Assembly: GCA_963756875.1 (NCBI GenBank)
Contig: CAVWPA010000003.1
Span: 1,344,001-1,408,000, forward strand
Source: an uncultured Verrucomicrobiae bacterium
GTDB lineage: Bacteria; Verrucomicrobiota; Verrucomicrobiia; Chthoniobacterales; UBA10450
Reading direction: 5' to 3'
DNA length: 64,000 bases
The notes beneath the pieces were generated by a model. It was not told the DNA's origin and searched no databases. It saw nothing but the letters and a program-made list of their open reading frames with translations. Position 1 is the first letter of the stretch, and every line of letters begins with the position of its first letter. Below are positions 29,150 through 38,143 of the stretch, piece by piece. The position numbers and the translations under genes are program-made.

Positions 29150-30096
29150 TCGACTACGGACGAATCTAATGACGATAGATGACGTTGAGGTCTGGTTTCT
29201 CGCTCCGCTAGGAGAATTTTCTCTGCCGGGACGCGGCGCAGATTTCTGACAAGCCCAAACTTAGAAAGTGTCCAGATAATCCACTTGGTTGGATCGAACT
29301 GCCATGGCTTCACGCCGTTGCGGTAGTCATGCTGAAACTCGTGGTGATAATTATGATAGCCTTCCCCCATGGTGAATAGAGCAAGGAAGAGCGAGTCGCG
29401 CGCAGTGCATTTCCTGGAATAGGGTTGCCGCCCGATGGTGTGACATGCGCTGTTAATCAGAAACGTGCAGTGTTGTAGAAAAACGATGCGCGCGACGCCG
29501 GCGATCAAGAACCCACCGAGTGCTCCCTGCCATCCATTCCATAGAAAGCCGAGTATAGCCGGGATGCCAAAGCTGACCAAAACCGCGATCCACTGCACAT
29601 ATCGATCTTGCCAGCAGACGAGCTTGTCCTTCTGAAGGTCGGCCACGTTGTCGTATGGCTGATCGTTTTTTAGCTTAAAAAGCAGCCAGCCGATGTGCGC
29701 GTAAAAGAAGCCTTTGGAGATGCAATACGGATCATCGTCATGATCCACATGCTTATGATGGCGTCGATGTTCGCTCGCCCACATCAAAACTGAGTTTTCA
29801 AAAGCGCCCGCGCCAAAAATAAGTGTGAATAGCCGGACCGGCCAGCTTGCCTGGAAGGCGATGTGGGAGAAAAGCCGGTGATAACCCAGCGTGACGCTAA
29901 ATCCGCAGGCGGCAAGCATCGCAAAAAACAGCGCGACCTGAAACCAATCCAGCCCGAAAAACCAGAGGTAGAGCGGAACAGCGGTTAGGGTTAAGGCGAG
30001 TGTCCCGATAAGAAACGAACTGGTGATCCAGTTAATGCGTTCGAGAGGCAAACGCAGCACCATGCGCTTAGGCGGCCTCTGTGCGTTTTCTGCCAT
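29014..30096 (-). CDS. Delta-9 type fatty acid desaturase (true stop may be earlier)
   Basis: His boxes GYHRLFSH, HRRHH, GEGYHNYHH. Confidence 0.92.
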   Translation of the reverse strand: MAENAQRPPKRMVLRLPLERINWITSSFLIGTLALTLTAVPLYLWFFGLDWFQVALFFAMLAACGFSVTLGYHRLFSHIAFQASWPVRLFTLIFGAGAFENSVLMWASEHRRHHKHVDHDDDPYCISKGFFYAHIGWLLFKLKNDQPYDNVADLQKDKLVCWQDRYVQWIAVLVSFGIPAILGFLWNGWQGALGGFLIAGVARIVFLQHCTFLINSACHTIGRQPYSRKCTARDSLFLALFTMGEGYHNYHHEFQHDYRNGVKPWQFDPTKWIIWTLSKFGLVRNLRRVPAEKILLAERETRPQRHLSSLDSSVVDYGSVDSTRDPGGTTRSIMNSGCAFDQASASRFVSKNRSTTIALS

Positions 30097-30141
30097 TGTG
30101 GTTTTCCGGTGTCTTGCAAGTCCGGCAGCTAGCCAGTTTCT

Positions 30142-30404
30142 CTATCGAGCAGGAAGGTGAAGATGCAGTTCGCTCCGGAGAAATAGAACAAGAAGCGAGC
30201 CCAAGATGGAAAACATAATGCCAGCCGGATGAAACAGACTTCCTCCCATTGGGCGAATAAACAAATGGGTCACAAGTTGCCGACGAGCGAACCGACAAGG
30301 CCAAGGACTATCGTCCAAGCGAGCGGTAGACGCAGATGCATGGCCGACTTGGCCGCAAACCCCGCGATCAAACCAATAATTATGTACCAAACTAAATGTA
30401 ACAT
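30142..30404 (-). CDS. GlsB/YeaQ/YmgE (transglycosylase-associated) membrane protein, frameshifted near 30275
   Basis: MLHLVWYIIIGLIAGFAAK...IVLGLVGSLVG then HPAGIMFSILGSLLVLFL. Confidence 0.7.
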
Positions 30405-30578
30405 ATTTCCTTCCTTTTCATTCTTCGAACTGCCGAGGCTTCCAGGCGCAGGCTGTCGACTCGGATTACCTTGTTAGCGAGCATCCATTTTCCGTGCCTC
30501 CTGCGATAATGGTTGCCTGCGTCATGTTGCAGGGCATAGAGCGCGCCGTTTTGAGTGATGGTAGGTTCTGTCATAGGC

Positions 30579-31406
30579 TTACAATCTGTTGTTTTCCGAT
30601 TCGATGGAAGCTACGATGCTCGTCACTATCGCTGGCGGCGGATTGTTCTCGATGAGCAATCGATCCTGCCCCGTGAGATCGGCAAGCTCATTAAAGTAAC
30701 GAACGAGGCGCTGAAGGTTACTACGGATATGTTGGAATGCTGCGTCGTCGAACGCGGATGTCGTTTCTTGCAACGGCCTTACGCTGGCGAGTTTGTGTCC
30801 CAACTCGGTCAAACCGGGCATTGACGTAACTGCCGAGAACGGACGCCGCAAGTTTTGCGAGTGCGCGATGAGCCAGCCGTCTTTTGTGCCGTTAGCGAAT
30901 TCGAGCGCCGCCAGATGGTCGTGGGAACCGGTTCGCTTCTCGGCCCGGGCAGTGATGTCTCGGATATAGCATTGAATGACTTTGTCTGCTTCGACCCAGT
31001 AAACGTTACTCACGAATTCTACTTGGATCTGCTTGCCGTCTTTCCGCCGCAGCGGGAGGTTTTCATAACGAATATATTCGTTCTGTTTAAGTTTCTCGAA
31101 GGCCGAACGATTGGCAGCGATGTCTTTGAACTGCCCAATCTCCCAGAGCTTGCGGCCGCGGAGCTCTTCGAACGGGTAATCAAGCAGGTCGATCAGAAAT
31201 GGGTTTACGTCCATGATCTCTCCGGTTTCCGCATCGAGAATCAGGATTCCGTCCTGAGCGGTTTCAAACAAACGTCGATAGCGCAGTTCGGATATCCGTA
31301 GAGCATCTGTCCAATAATCTTCTCCGCTTTGCGCATGAGTTGGGTCAGTTGATCTTGCCTGTTTTTTTGGAGTACTTGTTTTCATAGGTCGAGGCGCCGC
31401 GGTCAT
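30579..31406 (-). CDS. PAS-domain protein, truncated paralog of the adjacent kinase
   Basis: SELRYRRLFETAQDGILILD...IRDIT; degenerate HisKA-like helix; no HATPase boxes. Confidence 0.8.
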   Translation of the reverse strand: MTAAPRPMKTSTPKKQARSTDPTHAQSGEDYWTDALRISELRYRRLFETAQDGILILDAETGEIMDVNPFLIDLLDYPFEELRGRKLWEIGQFKDIAANRSAFEKLKQNEYIRYENLPLRRKDGKQIQVEFVSNVYWVEADKVIQCYIRDITARAEKRTGSHDHLAALEFANGTKDGWLIAHSQNLRRPFSAVTSMPGLTELGHKLASVRPLQETTSAFDDAAFQHIRSNLQRLVRYFNELADLTGQDRLLIENNPPPAIVTSIVASIESENNRL

Positions 31407-31419
31407 CGAGATTTTCGTG

Positions 31420-32769
31420 TTAAGCCGCTGTGCGATCGGGCTGTTCGCTTTCGATACCGTCGTTGTGAAACATTTCTGCGTGGTTTCCGCCTCCGTTAGC
31501 AGAAGGCGCAGACCCGCGGGTATTGGCTACGCCCGAGATGTCGGCCGGCGTGATTTTTCCCGAAATCGAATCGTCTATTTGGAAACGCGCGGTAAACTTC
31601 GCGCCTTGACCTGGTCCCTCGCTCTCCACTTCCAGAGTGCCCTCCTGCGCTTTTATTAAAGTACGCGCGATCGAAAGGCCCAGACCAAGACCGCCGTAGC
31701 GCGGATGAATAGACGAATCCCCTTGCTCGAACGGCGCAAAGATTCGCGAGAGCGCGTCTGCCGGAATGCCGATCCCGGTGTCGCTCACTTCGACAACAAG
31801 CCCGCCGTTTGCCTCGTTGCGAGTGATAACTGAAACCTTGCCGCCTTGCGGCGTGAACTTCAGTGCGTTGCCAATTAAATTCGAGAGAACCTGTTCGAGC
31901 TTGACCGCATCGGCTCGGATGTGGCTATGCCGAGCGTGCAATTGGAGGTCGATCCCAATTCTCGCCCCGTTTTGCTGACCCTCGAGATTCTTGAGAGCGA
32001 AGCGGATCACCTCGTGCGCGTCCACCTTCGCAAGCTTCAGTCCAAAGGCCTCGTTCGTGACATGGGTGAAGTCGAGTAACTCATTGACCAGGCGCACGAG
32101 ACTTCGAACGTTGCGGCGGATGAATGCCAAGGCGGACTTATCGAACACCGGTGACAATTCCGTCTGGTCGGGCCTGCCGGCGGTATCGTGACCCATCTCG
32201 AGCAAGTCGATCATTGAGGAGATGGCCGCGAGCGGATTGCGCAGCTCGTGGAAGAGCACAGCGTTTGCTTCATCTCTTGCTTTGCCCGCGAGCTCGAGCG
32301 TATCGGCGTGGCTCTTGGAGGCCGCCTGAAATTGAGCCCGCGCGGTGATGTCGCGGATGTTGCATTGGATCACTTTGGCTGAGCCGACAACGTAGACATT
32401 GCTGACAAACTCGACTTGGATCTGCTTTCCAGCCTTCGTCCGGAGCGGCAGATTTTCGTAACGGATGTACTCCTCTGTTTGCAGCTTTTCGAAAGCGGCC
32501 TGATTCGCTGCGATGTCCTCGAACAGGCCGATTTCCCAGAGCTGGAGGCCGATTACGCTTTCGAACGGATAGCCGAGCAAATCGAGCAGAAATGGATTCA
32601 CGTCGATGATCTTGCCGCTGTCGGCGTCGAGGATCAGGATGCCGTCCTGCGCGGTTTCGAATAGCCGGCGGTAGCGCAGTTCCGATGCAGCCGGGCCGAG
32701 TTCCAACGAGTTTCCTCTCCCGTTGGCCGGCATTAGCTTGGCCTGGCTAATCGACGCATTTGATGTCAT
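31420..32769 (-). CDS. PAS sensor histidine kinase
   Basis: PAS, HELRNPL, NLIGNALKFT, DTGIGI, GLGLGL. Confidence 0.93.
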   Translation of the reverse strand: MTSNASISQAKLMPANGRGNSLELGPAASELRYRRLFETAQDGILILDADSGKIIDVNPFLLDLLGYPFESVIGLQLWEIGLFEDIAANQAAFEKLQTEEYIRYENLPLRTKAGKQIQVEFVSNVYVVGSAKVIQCNIRDITARAQFQAASKSHADTLELAGKARDEANAVLFHELRNPLAAISSMIDLLEMGHDTAGRPDQTELSPVFDKSALAFIRRNVRSLVRLVNELLDFTHVTNEAFGLKLAKVDAHEVIRFALKNLEGQQNGARIGIDLQLHARHSHIRADAVKLEQVLSNLIGNALKFTPQGGKVSVITRNEANGGLVVEVSDTGIGIPADALSRIFAPFEQGDSSIHPRYGGLGLGLSIARTLIKAQEGTLEVESEGPGQGAKFTARFQIDDSISGKITPADISGVANTRGSAPSANGGGNHAEMFHNDGIESEQPDRTAA

Positions 32770-33191
32770 GGGGCGAGACCTGCGGTCATTGAGATGTTTG
32801 TTTTAAGAAGGCGGGCGATGGGACAGTTTGCTTTTGCCGCTAGCGCCGCATCCATGAAACGCGCTTGCGATGCGTCCGGAACGTTTGCTTGGACGTCGAG
32901 TTGCACGTGCGTGAGCGTCCACCCTGCGGCCAGATCTTCCAGAGTCGCAGTTGCGGTGGTTTCGATGCTCTTGGGGTGAAAACCGGAAAGACCGAGCTCA
33001 TTGGAAAGTGCCATTGAGAAACATCCACCCAGCGATGCGACGATGAGCTCGTCCGGATTGGTTCCGATGCCTTCGGCGAATCGCGTCCGAAAAGAATATT
33101 GCGTTTTAGAAAGAACGCCGCTTTCAGTGGTTAAAGTTCCTTCGCCCTCTTGAAGGGTTCCTTTCCAAACAGCTGAAGCGTTTCGATTCAT
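32766..33191 (-). CDS. osmC: OsmC family peroxiredoxin
   Basis: A.WKG.L.EG.G, YSFRTRF, GTNPDEL...GCFSMAL, AKANCPI. Confidence 0.88.
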   Translation of the reverse strand: MNRNASAVWKGTLQEGEGTLTTESGVLSKTQYSFRTRFAEGIGTNPDELIVASLGGCFSMALSNELGLSGFHPKSIETTATATLEDLAAGWTLTHVQLDVQANVPDASQARFMDAALAAKANCPIARLLKTNISMTAGLAP

Positions 33192-33230
33192 ATTTAGAAC
33201 AGCAAACTGTTACCCCTCCGCTCGTTGTCC

Positions 33231-33271
33231 GGCCAATATCTTGTTGGTAGCACGTAATACCTTTTTGGTAT
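33231..33271. promoter_or_regulatory. LysR-type operator/promoter, copy 1 (upstream of osmC)
   Basis: GGCCAATA...TTGGTAGCACGTA followed by ATAC-N7-GTAT. Confidence 0.7.
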
Positions 33272-33393
33272 CGCGGTTTGCTGCGACCACGCGGCCGCTT
33301 GGTGATTGGTAATTCTTCTTGGCACCAATTTAATGGACCGGTTTAGGACTCGGGTACCTCACGCCCGCGGCGTTACGTTGTGACGGGAAAATG

Positions 33394-33421
33394 AAAAAAC
33401 CGGCCCGTGGGCCGGTTTTTT
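33394..33421. terminator. Intrinsic terminator
   Basis: AAAAAACCGGCCC-GT-GGGCCGGTTTTTT. Confidence 0.85.
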
Positions 33422-33444
33422 CCTAAACTGCACTGTCCCTTGAG

Positions 33445-33723
33445 TTATCGCCGATCGTTGTCGCGATGATCATCATGGCGTCCATTCCGGTCATGCCGGC
33501 GGTGTTCCCCGCGGATGTACTTGCCATGAATCCAATGATGCCCGAAACGCGACATGTGCCCAGGGACCCAGACCATTTCAAAGTCGCCGTCCCAATAGCG
33601 CGCGCCGTGGTTGTAGAACGGCCGATCGCCAATCTGGATTGAGATGCCATCCGCTCGCACAGCGGCTGGAGTGAGAATGCTCGCCGCAATGATGGCTACG
33701 AGCAGAAGTTTGTTCTTAATCAT
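33445..33723 (-). CDS. Small secreted His/Arg/Trp-rich protein (WxxGxW-like repeats)
   Basis: Signal peptide; VWVPGH...HWIHGKY. Confidence 0.7.
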   Translation of the reverse strand: MIKNKLLLVAIIAASILTPAAVRADGISIQIGDRPFYNHGARYWDGDFEMVWVPGHMSRFGHHWIHGKYIRGEHRRHDRNGRHDDHRDNDRR

Positions 33724-33752
33724 TCTCTTACTGACCACGCGCCCACTTTCCT

Positions 33753-33793
33753 GGCCAATACCGACTTGGTAGTACGTCATACTTTTTTGGTAT
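33753..33793. promoter_or_regulatory. LysR-type operator/promoter, copy 2 (divergent region of lysR)
   Basis: GGCCAATA...TTGGTAGTACGTC followed by ATAC-N7-GTAT. Confidence 0.75.
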
Positions 33794-33838
33794 GGCAATC
33801 TGCCCAGAAGGCGACTAGGATCAGATTTTTGGCCTTCA

Positions 33839-34732
33839 ATGGAACTTCGTCATCTGCGCTACTTCGTCAGTGTTGCGGAAGCGCTCAGCTTCACAAAAGC
33901 CGCCGAAAAGCTGCACACCGCGCAGCCTTCACTCACCCGGCAGATCAAAGATTTGGAAGAAGAGCTTGGCGTCCGACTTCTAAATCGTACAAAACAACAG
34001 GTCACGCTGACAGACGAGGGCCGCTCATTCCTCGCCGACGCCAAACGCGTTCTTGCTCTCGCAACCGAAACGGTCGAGTCGGTCCGGCGATTACACAGCG
34101 GCGAGGCTCGATCGCTCAATGTTGGATACGTGAGCAATCTCTTTTACGATCTTCTGCCGAAGACTCTCGCTTCCTTCCATCAATCGTTTCCCACCGTTTC
34201 GGTTAATCTTTTCGACCTGTCGTGCGGTGAGCAGTTTCGTGCGCTCGAGGATGGCAAGCTCGATCTTGGTTTCGTTGGATTGCACGAGCCAATTGCGCGG
34301 CGCGGATTGGAATTCCGAACCATAGCGTCCTACAAAACGGTCGCCGCCTTGCCGAAAGACAACCCGCTGTCTGGCAAAACGGCGGTCGAGCTGAAAGCTC
34401 TCGCGCCTATGTTCTTTATCGGAATGTCCGAAGCGAGTTATCCCGGTTATCGCGACTGGTTGATTAAGACGTGTCGACGTGCCGCCTTTACTCCCAAGGT
34501 GTTGCAAGATGTCGATCTTGAACGAACCATGATTCACGCAGTGGCCGCAGGTTTGGGCGTGGCTCTCGTGCCAGAGCAAGTCAAGAAACTCGATCACGAA
34601 AAGGTCGTTTTCCGGTCACTCACTCCGACGGTTCAGACGGAAGGCTGTGTGGCTTGGAGAACTGAGAATCCATCGGCTGCTCTGCAAGCGTACGTGCAGA
34701 TCGTCGAGGAAGTGGGGCGCAGCATCCGTTGA
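33839..34732 (+). CDS. LysR family regulator (BenM/CatM/HcaR-like)
   Basis: MELRHLRYF, SFTKAAEKLHTAQPSLTRQIKDLEEELG. Confidence 0.95.
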   Translation: MELRHLRYFVSVAEALSFTKAAEKLHTAQPSLTRQIKDLEEELGVRLLNRTKQQVTLTDEGRSFLADAKRVLALATETVESVRRLHSGEARSLNVGYVSNLFYDLLPKTLASFHQSFPTVSVNLFDLSCGEQFRALEDGKLDLGFVGLHEPIARRGLEFRTIASYKTVAALPKDNPLSGKTAVELKALAPMFFIGMSEASYPGYRDWLIKTCRRAAFTPKVLQDVDLERTMIHAVAAGLGVALVPEQVKKLDHEKVVFRSLTPTVQTEGCVAWRTENPSAALQAYVQIVEEVGRSIR

Positions 34733-35097
34733 GCAGTGGATTGCAACGTCACCGGGATGCCGGAAGGGATCCGATCAACCCAACCGACACAGTGCGGGTC
34801 TGCGTTGGGAGAGCGCGCCCTTTCTTTCAACCTGGCGATGACAAGCCGGACGATGAAGCGTTGCGCGACTGGGAAGCGAAGGCGGCGCCGTGCCTGCCAG
34901 TTCACCAACGCCACCGTAATCCAGTTCTGGGTTGCTGTTTCGAGTTGTAAACCGAGCTAAGTCAGCGATGTGTCCTCGCGTTCACCCGCCGATTACGCAT
35001 TTCCTTAGCGTACGCAAGATTAGGGTCGACTCTGACAATAAGCGGTGAGCGCGATCTACCGAGATGGCTTTAACTCAATCTAGAAAGGTAAATTAAT

Positions 35098-35556
35098 ATG
35101 AATACATTGATAACATGGAATCAGCTTAGAGAGATGGAAGAAGCGACGCAAAATCGCTTCAATCGTATCCTGGGCGGATTTCCGAACAGAATAGGCAGTG
35201 GGGAGACTCACAGCCTGACAGTCGCAGATTGGTCACCAGAGGTCGATATCAGCCAGGATGATCACGAGTACCTGCTCCAAGCAGACTTGCCTGAAATGAA
35301 GAAGGATGACGTTAGGGTAATAGTCGAAGATGGCGTCCTCTGCGTTTCCGGAGAGCGCAAAAGCGAGAAGGAAGATCAGAAAAGAAAATTCCATCGCATT
35401 GAGCGCTCCTTTGGTAACTTCCGACGCAGCTTCACACTGCCTGAAGATGCCGATAGCACGAAGGTGACGGCGGAGTTTCGCGACGGAGTGCTGAAAGTGC
35501 ACCTCCCGACAACGACGAAAGCAAGATCAAAAGCTCTCGAAGTTAAAGTAGCGTAA
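35098..35556 (+). CDS. Hsp20/alpha-crystallin small heat-shock protein
   Basis: WSPEVDI, ADLPEM, ERSFGNFRRSFTLP, DGVLKVHLP. Confidence 0.95.
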   Translation: MNTLITWNQLREMEEATQNRFNRILGGFPNRIGSGETHSLTVADWSPEVDISQDDHEYLLQADLPEMKKDDVRVIVEDGVLCVSGERKSEKEDQKRKFHRIERSFGNFRRSFTLPEDADSTKVTAEFRDGVLKVHLPTTTKARSKALEVKVA

Positions 35557-35674
35557 TGCGCTAACACTTAGGCCTAGCGTGCGGCGGAGCTCGGAGGGTT
35601 CCGGTACGCTAGTCCCAGTGTAAGGCGGCTAACTTAGTCGCCTCCTTAAACCGGCATCGGCCGCTGCTAAGTCT

Positions 35675-36106
35675 ATGGAACAGATAAAACCTAACGATTC
35701 CCGGGAAGCGAATGTCAAAGCCCCCACAGTCAGAGACATTGTCGAGCCTGCGAAGAGCATTTCCAATAAGGTTTCTGTAAAGGCGGCTTTAGACGAAATG
35801 AAGACGCAGCCAGTCGATTCGTCACCTGTAATCGATGAACGCGGCGAATTATTGGGTACTCTGTCGAAGAACAAAATGAATCGAAATGTCGCTGGTTTTG
35901 GACACGATCCCAAGACAGAACCGGTAGAAGCACACATCGAAAAAAACAGTGCTTATTGCTTCGAAGACCAGACGATTGCGGAGGCGGAACAAATCATGCT
36001 CAACGCAAAGGTGAGCGAAGTTCCAGTAGTAACTTTCGAAAAATTGCTGGTGGGAGCAATAAATATTGAAGCGATTGCACGAAAGAAAACGCCGGGGACC
36101 TCCTAA
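35675..36106 (+). CDS. CBS-domain protein
   Basis: Paired CBS pattern: PVIDERGELLG; EAEQIM....VPVV...LVGAI. Confidence 0.75.
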   Translation: MEQIKPNDSREANVKAPTVRDIVEPAKSISNKVSVKAALDEMKTQPVDSSPVIDERGELLGTLSKNKMNRNVAGFGHDPKTEPVEAHIEKNSAYCFEDQTIAEAEQIMLNAKVSEVPVVTFEKLLVGAINIEAIARKKTPGTS

Positions 36107-36197
36107 GAAACTCCGCGCCTAAGGGCACTACAATAGGGTGTTTGATACCGCTACTCCGCCAACAGATCTCTCAAAGCTAAGAGCGTCGCCAAGGGGC

Positions 36198-37190
36198 TTA
36201 AGCTGCGCCATTGGCCGCTTTTTTGGGGCGCCGCAGCTTCGGCAACGATTCGCGAAATTGCGTGGGAGAACGACCGACGATTCGCTTGAACGCGCGATTG
36301 AAGTTAGTCATGGATTGAAATCCGCAGGCGAAGGCAGCTTCGCTAATTCGCGAGTTGGGGTTGAGTAAGAGCGTCTTCGATTTCTCCACCCGGACCCTCG
36401 AGAGGTAATCGATGAAATTCATCCCGGTCGCTTTCTTGAACATCTTGCAAAAGTAATGCCTGCTGATATTGGCCGCGTGAGCCACTCGCCCGAGTGACAG
36501 TGGTTCCGCCTGATGCTTCTCGATGAATTGCCGCGTTCGCACCATGTTCGCGGACTCTTCCTTCTCGCGGCCTACTACCAGTTGATTCGACAAGATCGAA
36601 AGGTGTTGCGCAAAAATACTCAGGAGCCGCAACATCGCGCGATACCGGTCCGGCGATAAGACGCACGTCCGAAAATAAGCCCGCTCAAGTTGCTTCCAAT
36701 CCGTGTTGTAGCCCCAGGCGCGCAGCTGCCGGGTAATGGTCGCGAAGTGTTTCTTAGTCGGGTTTTTCAGCATCACTTCGCCCGTCTCGAGAAAACCGAG
36801 AATGTGGTCGCCTACATACACTGGCACTGCACTTTCGGAGAGTCCTGCAAACCAGGTAGCGGTACGCCTTGTCGAATCCGGATCGCGAGATGCGTCCGTT
36901 TGGGCCCTTAAACAGGCTGCGCGAGCCTTGTTGAAACGAGCAAGGATTGACGCAAGTGAATCGCGATCCTCTTTTCCATGGTGCGCCGGCGACCAGGAAT
37001 CGTGGCCCCGGATATTCAACGGCAAGCCCATGGCTTCGCTGAAAGCCCGTTCGTAATCTTTGAAAATCTGCGAGCGCGAAAGGTGTCGCATCACTTCCTG
37101 ATCAGAGGATCGGGATGCGCTTCGATTGCTCCCTACACCTCGCGATGTGCTGCGTCTAGCTGCGCGGGAGGGGCGCATCGCCGCGCGCAT
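36198..37190 (-). CDS. AraC family regulator with PocR-like sensor domain
   Basis: YERAFSEAMGLPL, AGLSESAVPV; C-terminal double HTH ending GFQSMTNFNRAFKRIVGRSP. Confidence 0.9.
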   Translation of the reverse strand: MRAAMRPSRAARRSTSRGVGSNRSASRSSDQEVMRHLSRSQIFKDYERAFSEAMGLPLNIRGHDSWSPAHHGKEDRDSLASILARFNKARAACLRAQTDASRDPDSTRRTATWFAGLSESAVPVYVGDHILGFLETGEVMLKNPTKKHFATITRQLRAWGYNTDWKQLERAYFRTCVLSPDRYRAMLRLLSIFAQHLSILSNQLVVGREKEESANMVRTRQFIEKHQAEPLSLGRVAHAANISRHYFCKMFKKATGMNFIDYLSRVRVEKSKTLLLNPNSRISEAAFACGFQSMTNFNRAFKRIVGRSPTQFRESLPKLRRPKKAANGAA

Positions 37191-37465
37191 AATCAGAATG
37201 CGAATCCTTTCGGCGACAATTGTTCTATTCGAAGGCCTGGCGCGATGTATCCAGGGCCGAACGTCTGCTGTTTAACATCGCGGGTCTGACTTGTGGATGA
37301 AGCGCGAAGCTGCCGGAAAAGCGCAGCTCGACATTTTGACCGTTTGTGTCTTTGTTTGGGCATTTCCGAAGGTCGATTGGCGCTGCAAAATTAGGGAGCA
37401 ATATACACTACAGAAGCCAATCGCATAACGCTCGCCGGACGCTCGGAGCGTACTAAACAAAGAAA

Positions 37466-37689
37466 GAATCGATTACGAGCGCGATCAAGAGCAGGAGCTC
37501 GCCGCGGCGACCGGACATGACTCCCGTGACATCCCGGAGCCTGCAAAAGAAAGCAGATCGATCACGAGCATGATCAAGAGCATGAGCATGATTCCCGTTA
37601 CACCCGGAGCCTGCAAAAGAAAGCAGATCGATCACGAGCATGATCAAGAGCAGAGCATGAGCATGATTCCCGTTACACCCGGAGCCTAC
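37466..37689. repeat. Tandem ~70-75 bp repeats containing the tRNA-Asp 3-prime end
   Basis: CCCGGAGCCT at 37533, 37603 and 37678 (the last is the tRNA end); near-identical intervening GCAAAAGAAAGCAGATCGATCACGAGCATGATCAAGAGC units. Confidence 0.85.
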
Positions 37690-37753
37690 GGGGCTCGAAC
37701 CCGCAACCTCCGCCGTGACAGGGCGGCGCTCTAACCAATTGAGCTAAGGCTCC
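37680..37753 (-). tRNA. tRNA-Asp (GTC), CCA not encoded
   Basis: GGAGCCT-TAGCTCAATTGGTTAGAGC-GCCGCC-CTGTCAC-GGCGG-AGGTTGCGGGTTCGAGCCCCGT-AGGCTCC-G cloverleaf. Confidence 0.97.
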
Positions 37754-37844
37754 TCGCGACCACGATTGTAGAGGCAGGCGCTTTGAGTCGCAACTGCGAT
37801 TCGGGAAGCAAGAGAAGCGGGGTTCGTTTCAGTCGCTCGGAAAG

Positions 37845-38002
37845 CCCAAGTTCCAACTCCGAAAGCCTTCGCGAGCAGGTCTCCAAACCCCAGGGAAACA
37901 TCAAGCTTCAATTCCCAAACGCCATTCTGGGGCGCTTCAACCACATTTGGAGCTTAGAAATTGGAATTTCCCTGGTGCTTGGTGCTTGGGTTTTGGAACT
38001 TT
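37845..38002. repeat. Heptamer-based imperfect hairpin element (CCAAGCA/TTGGAAT family)
   Basis: CCAAGTTCCAA...TTGGTGCTTGGGTTTTGGAACTT; related element at 57433-57568. Confidence 0.6.
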
Positions 38003-38143
38003 CGCCGCAGACGTTGGTTGAACATTTTGCGGGGCACGAGCGTCGAATTCCAAAAGTATTCTTCCCTCGCGGCGGGCAGGATTGCTAATCGGAACAGGAA
38101 AAGATATAGTAACATTTGAGCTGGGAATGGACTGGGAAACACG

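Noticed and set aside
34729..34960. Small ORFs or riboswitch between lysR and hsp20
   Set aside because: No recognisable protein or RNA motif could be supported by eye
37466..37689. CRISPR array
   Set aside because: Units are near-identical along their whole length with no unique spacers, and no cas genes are present
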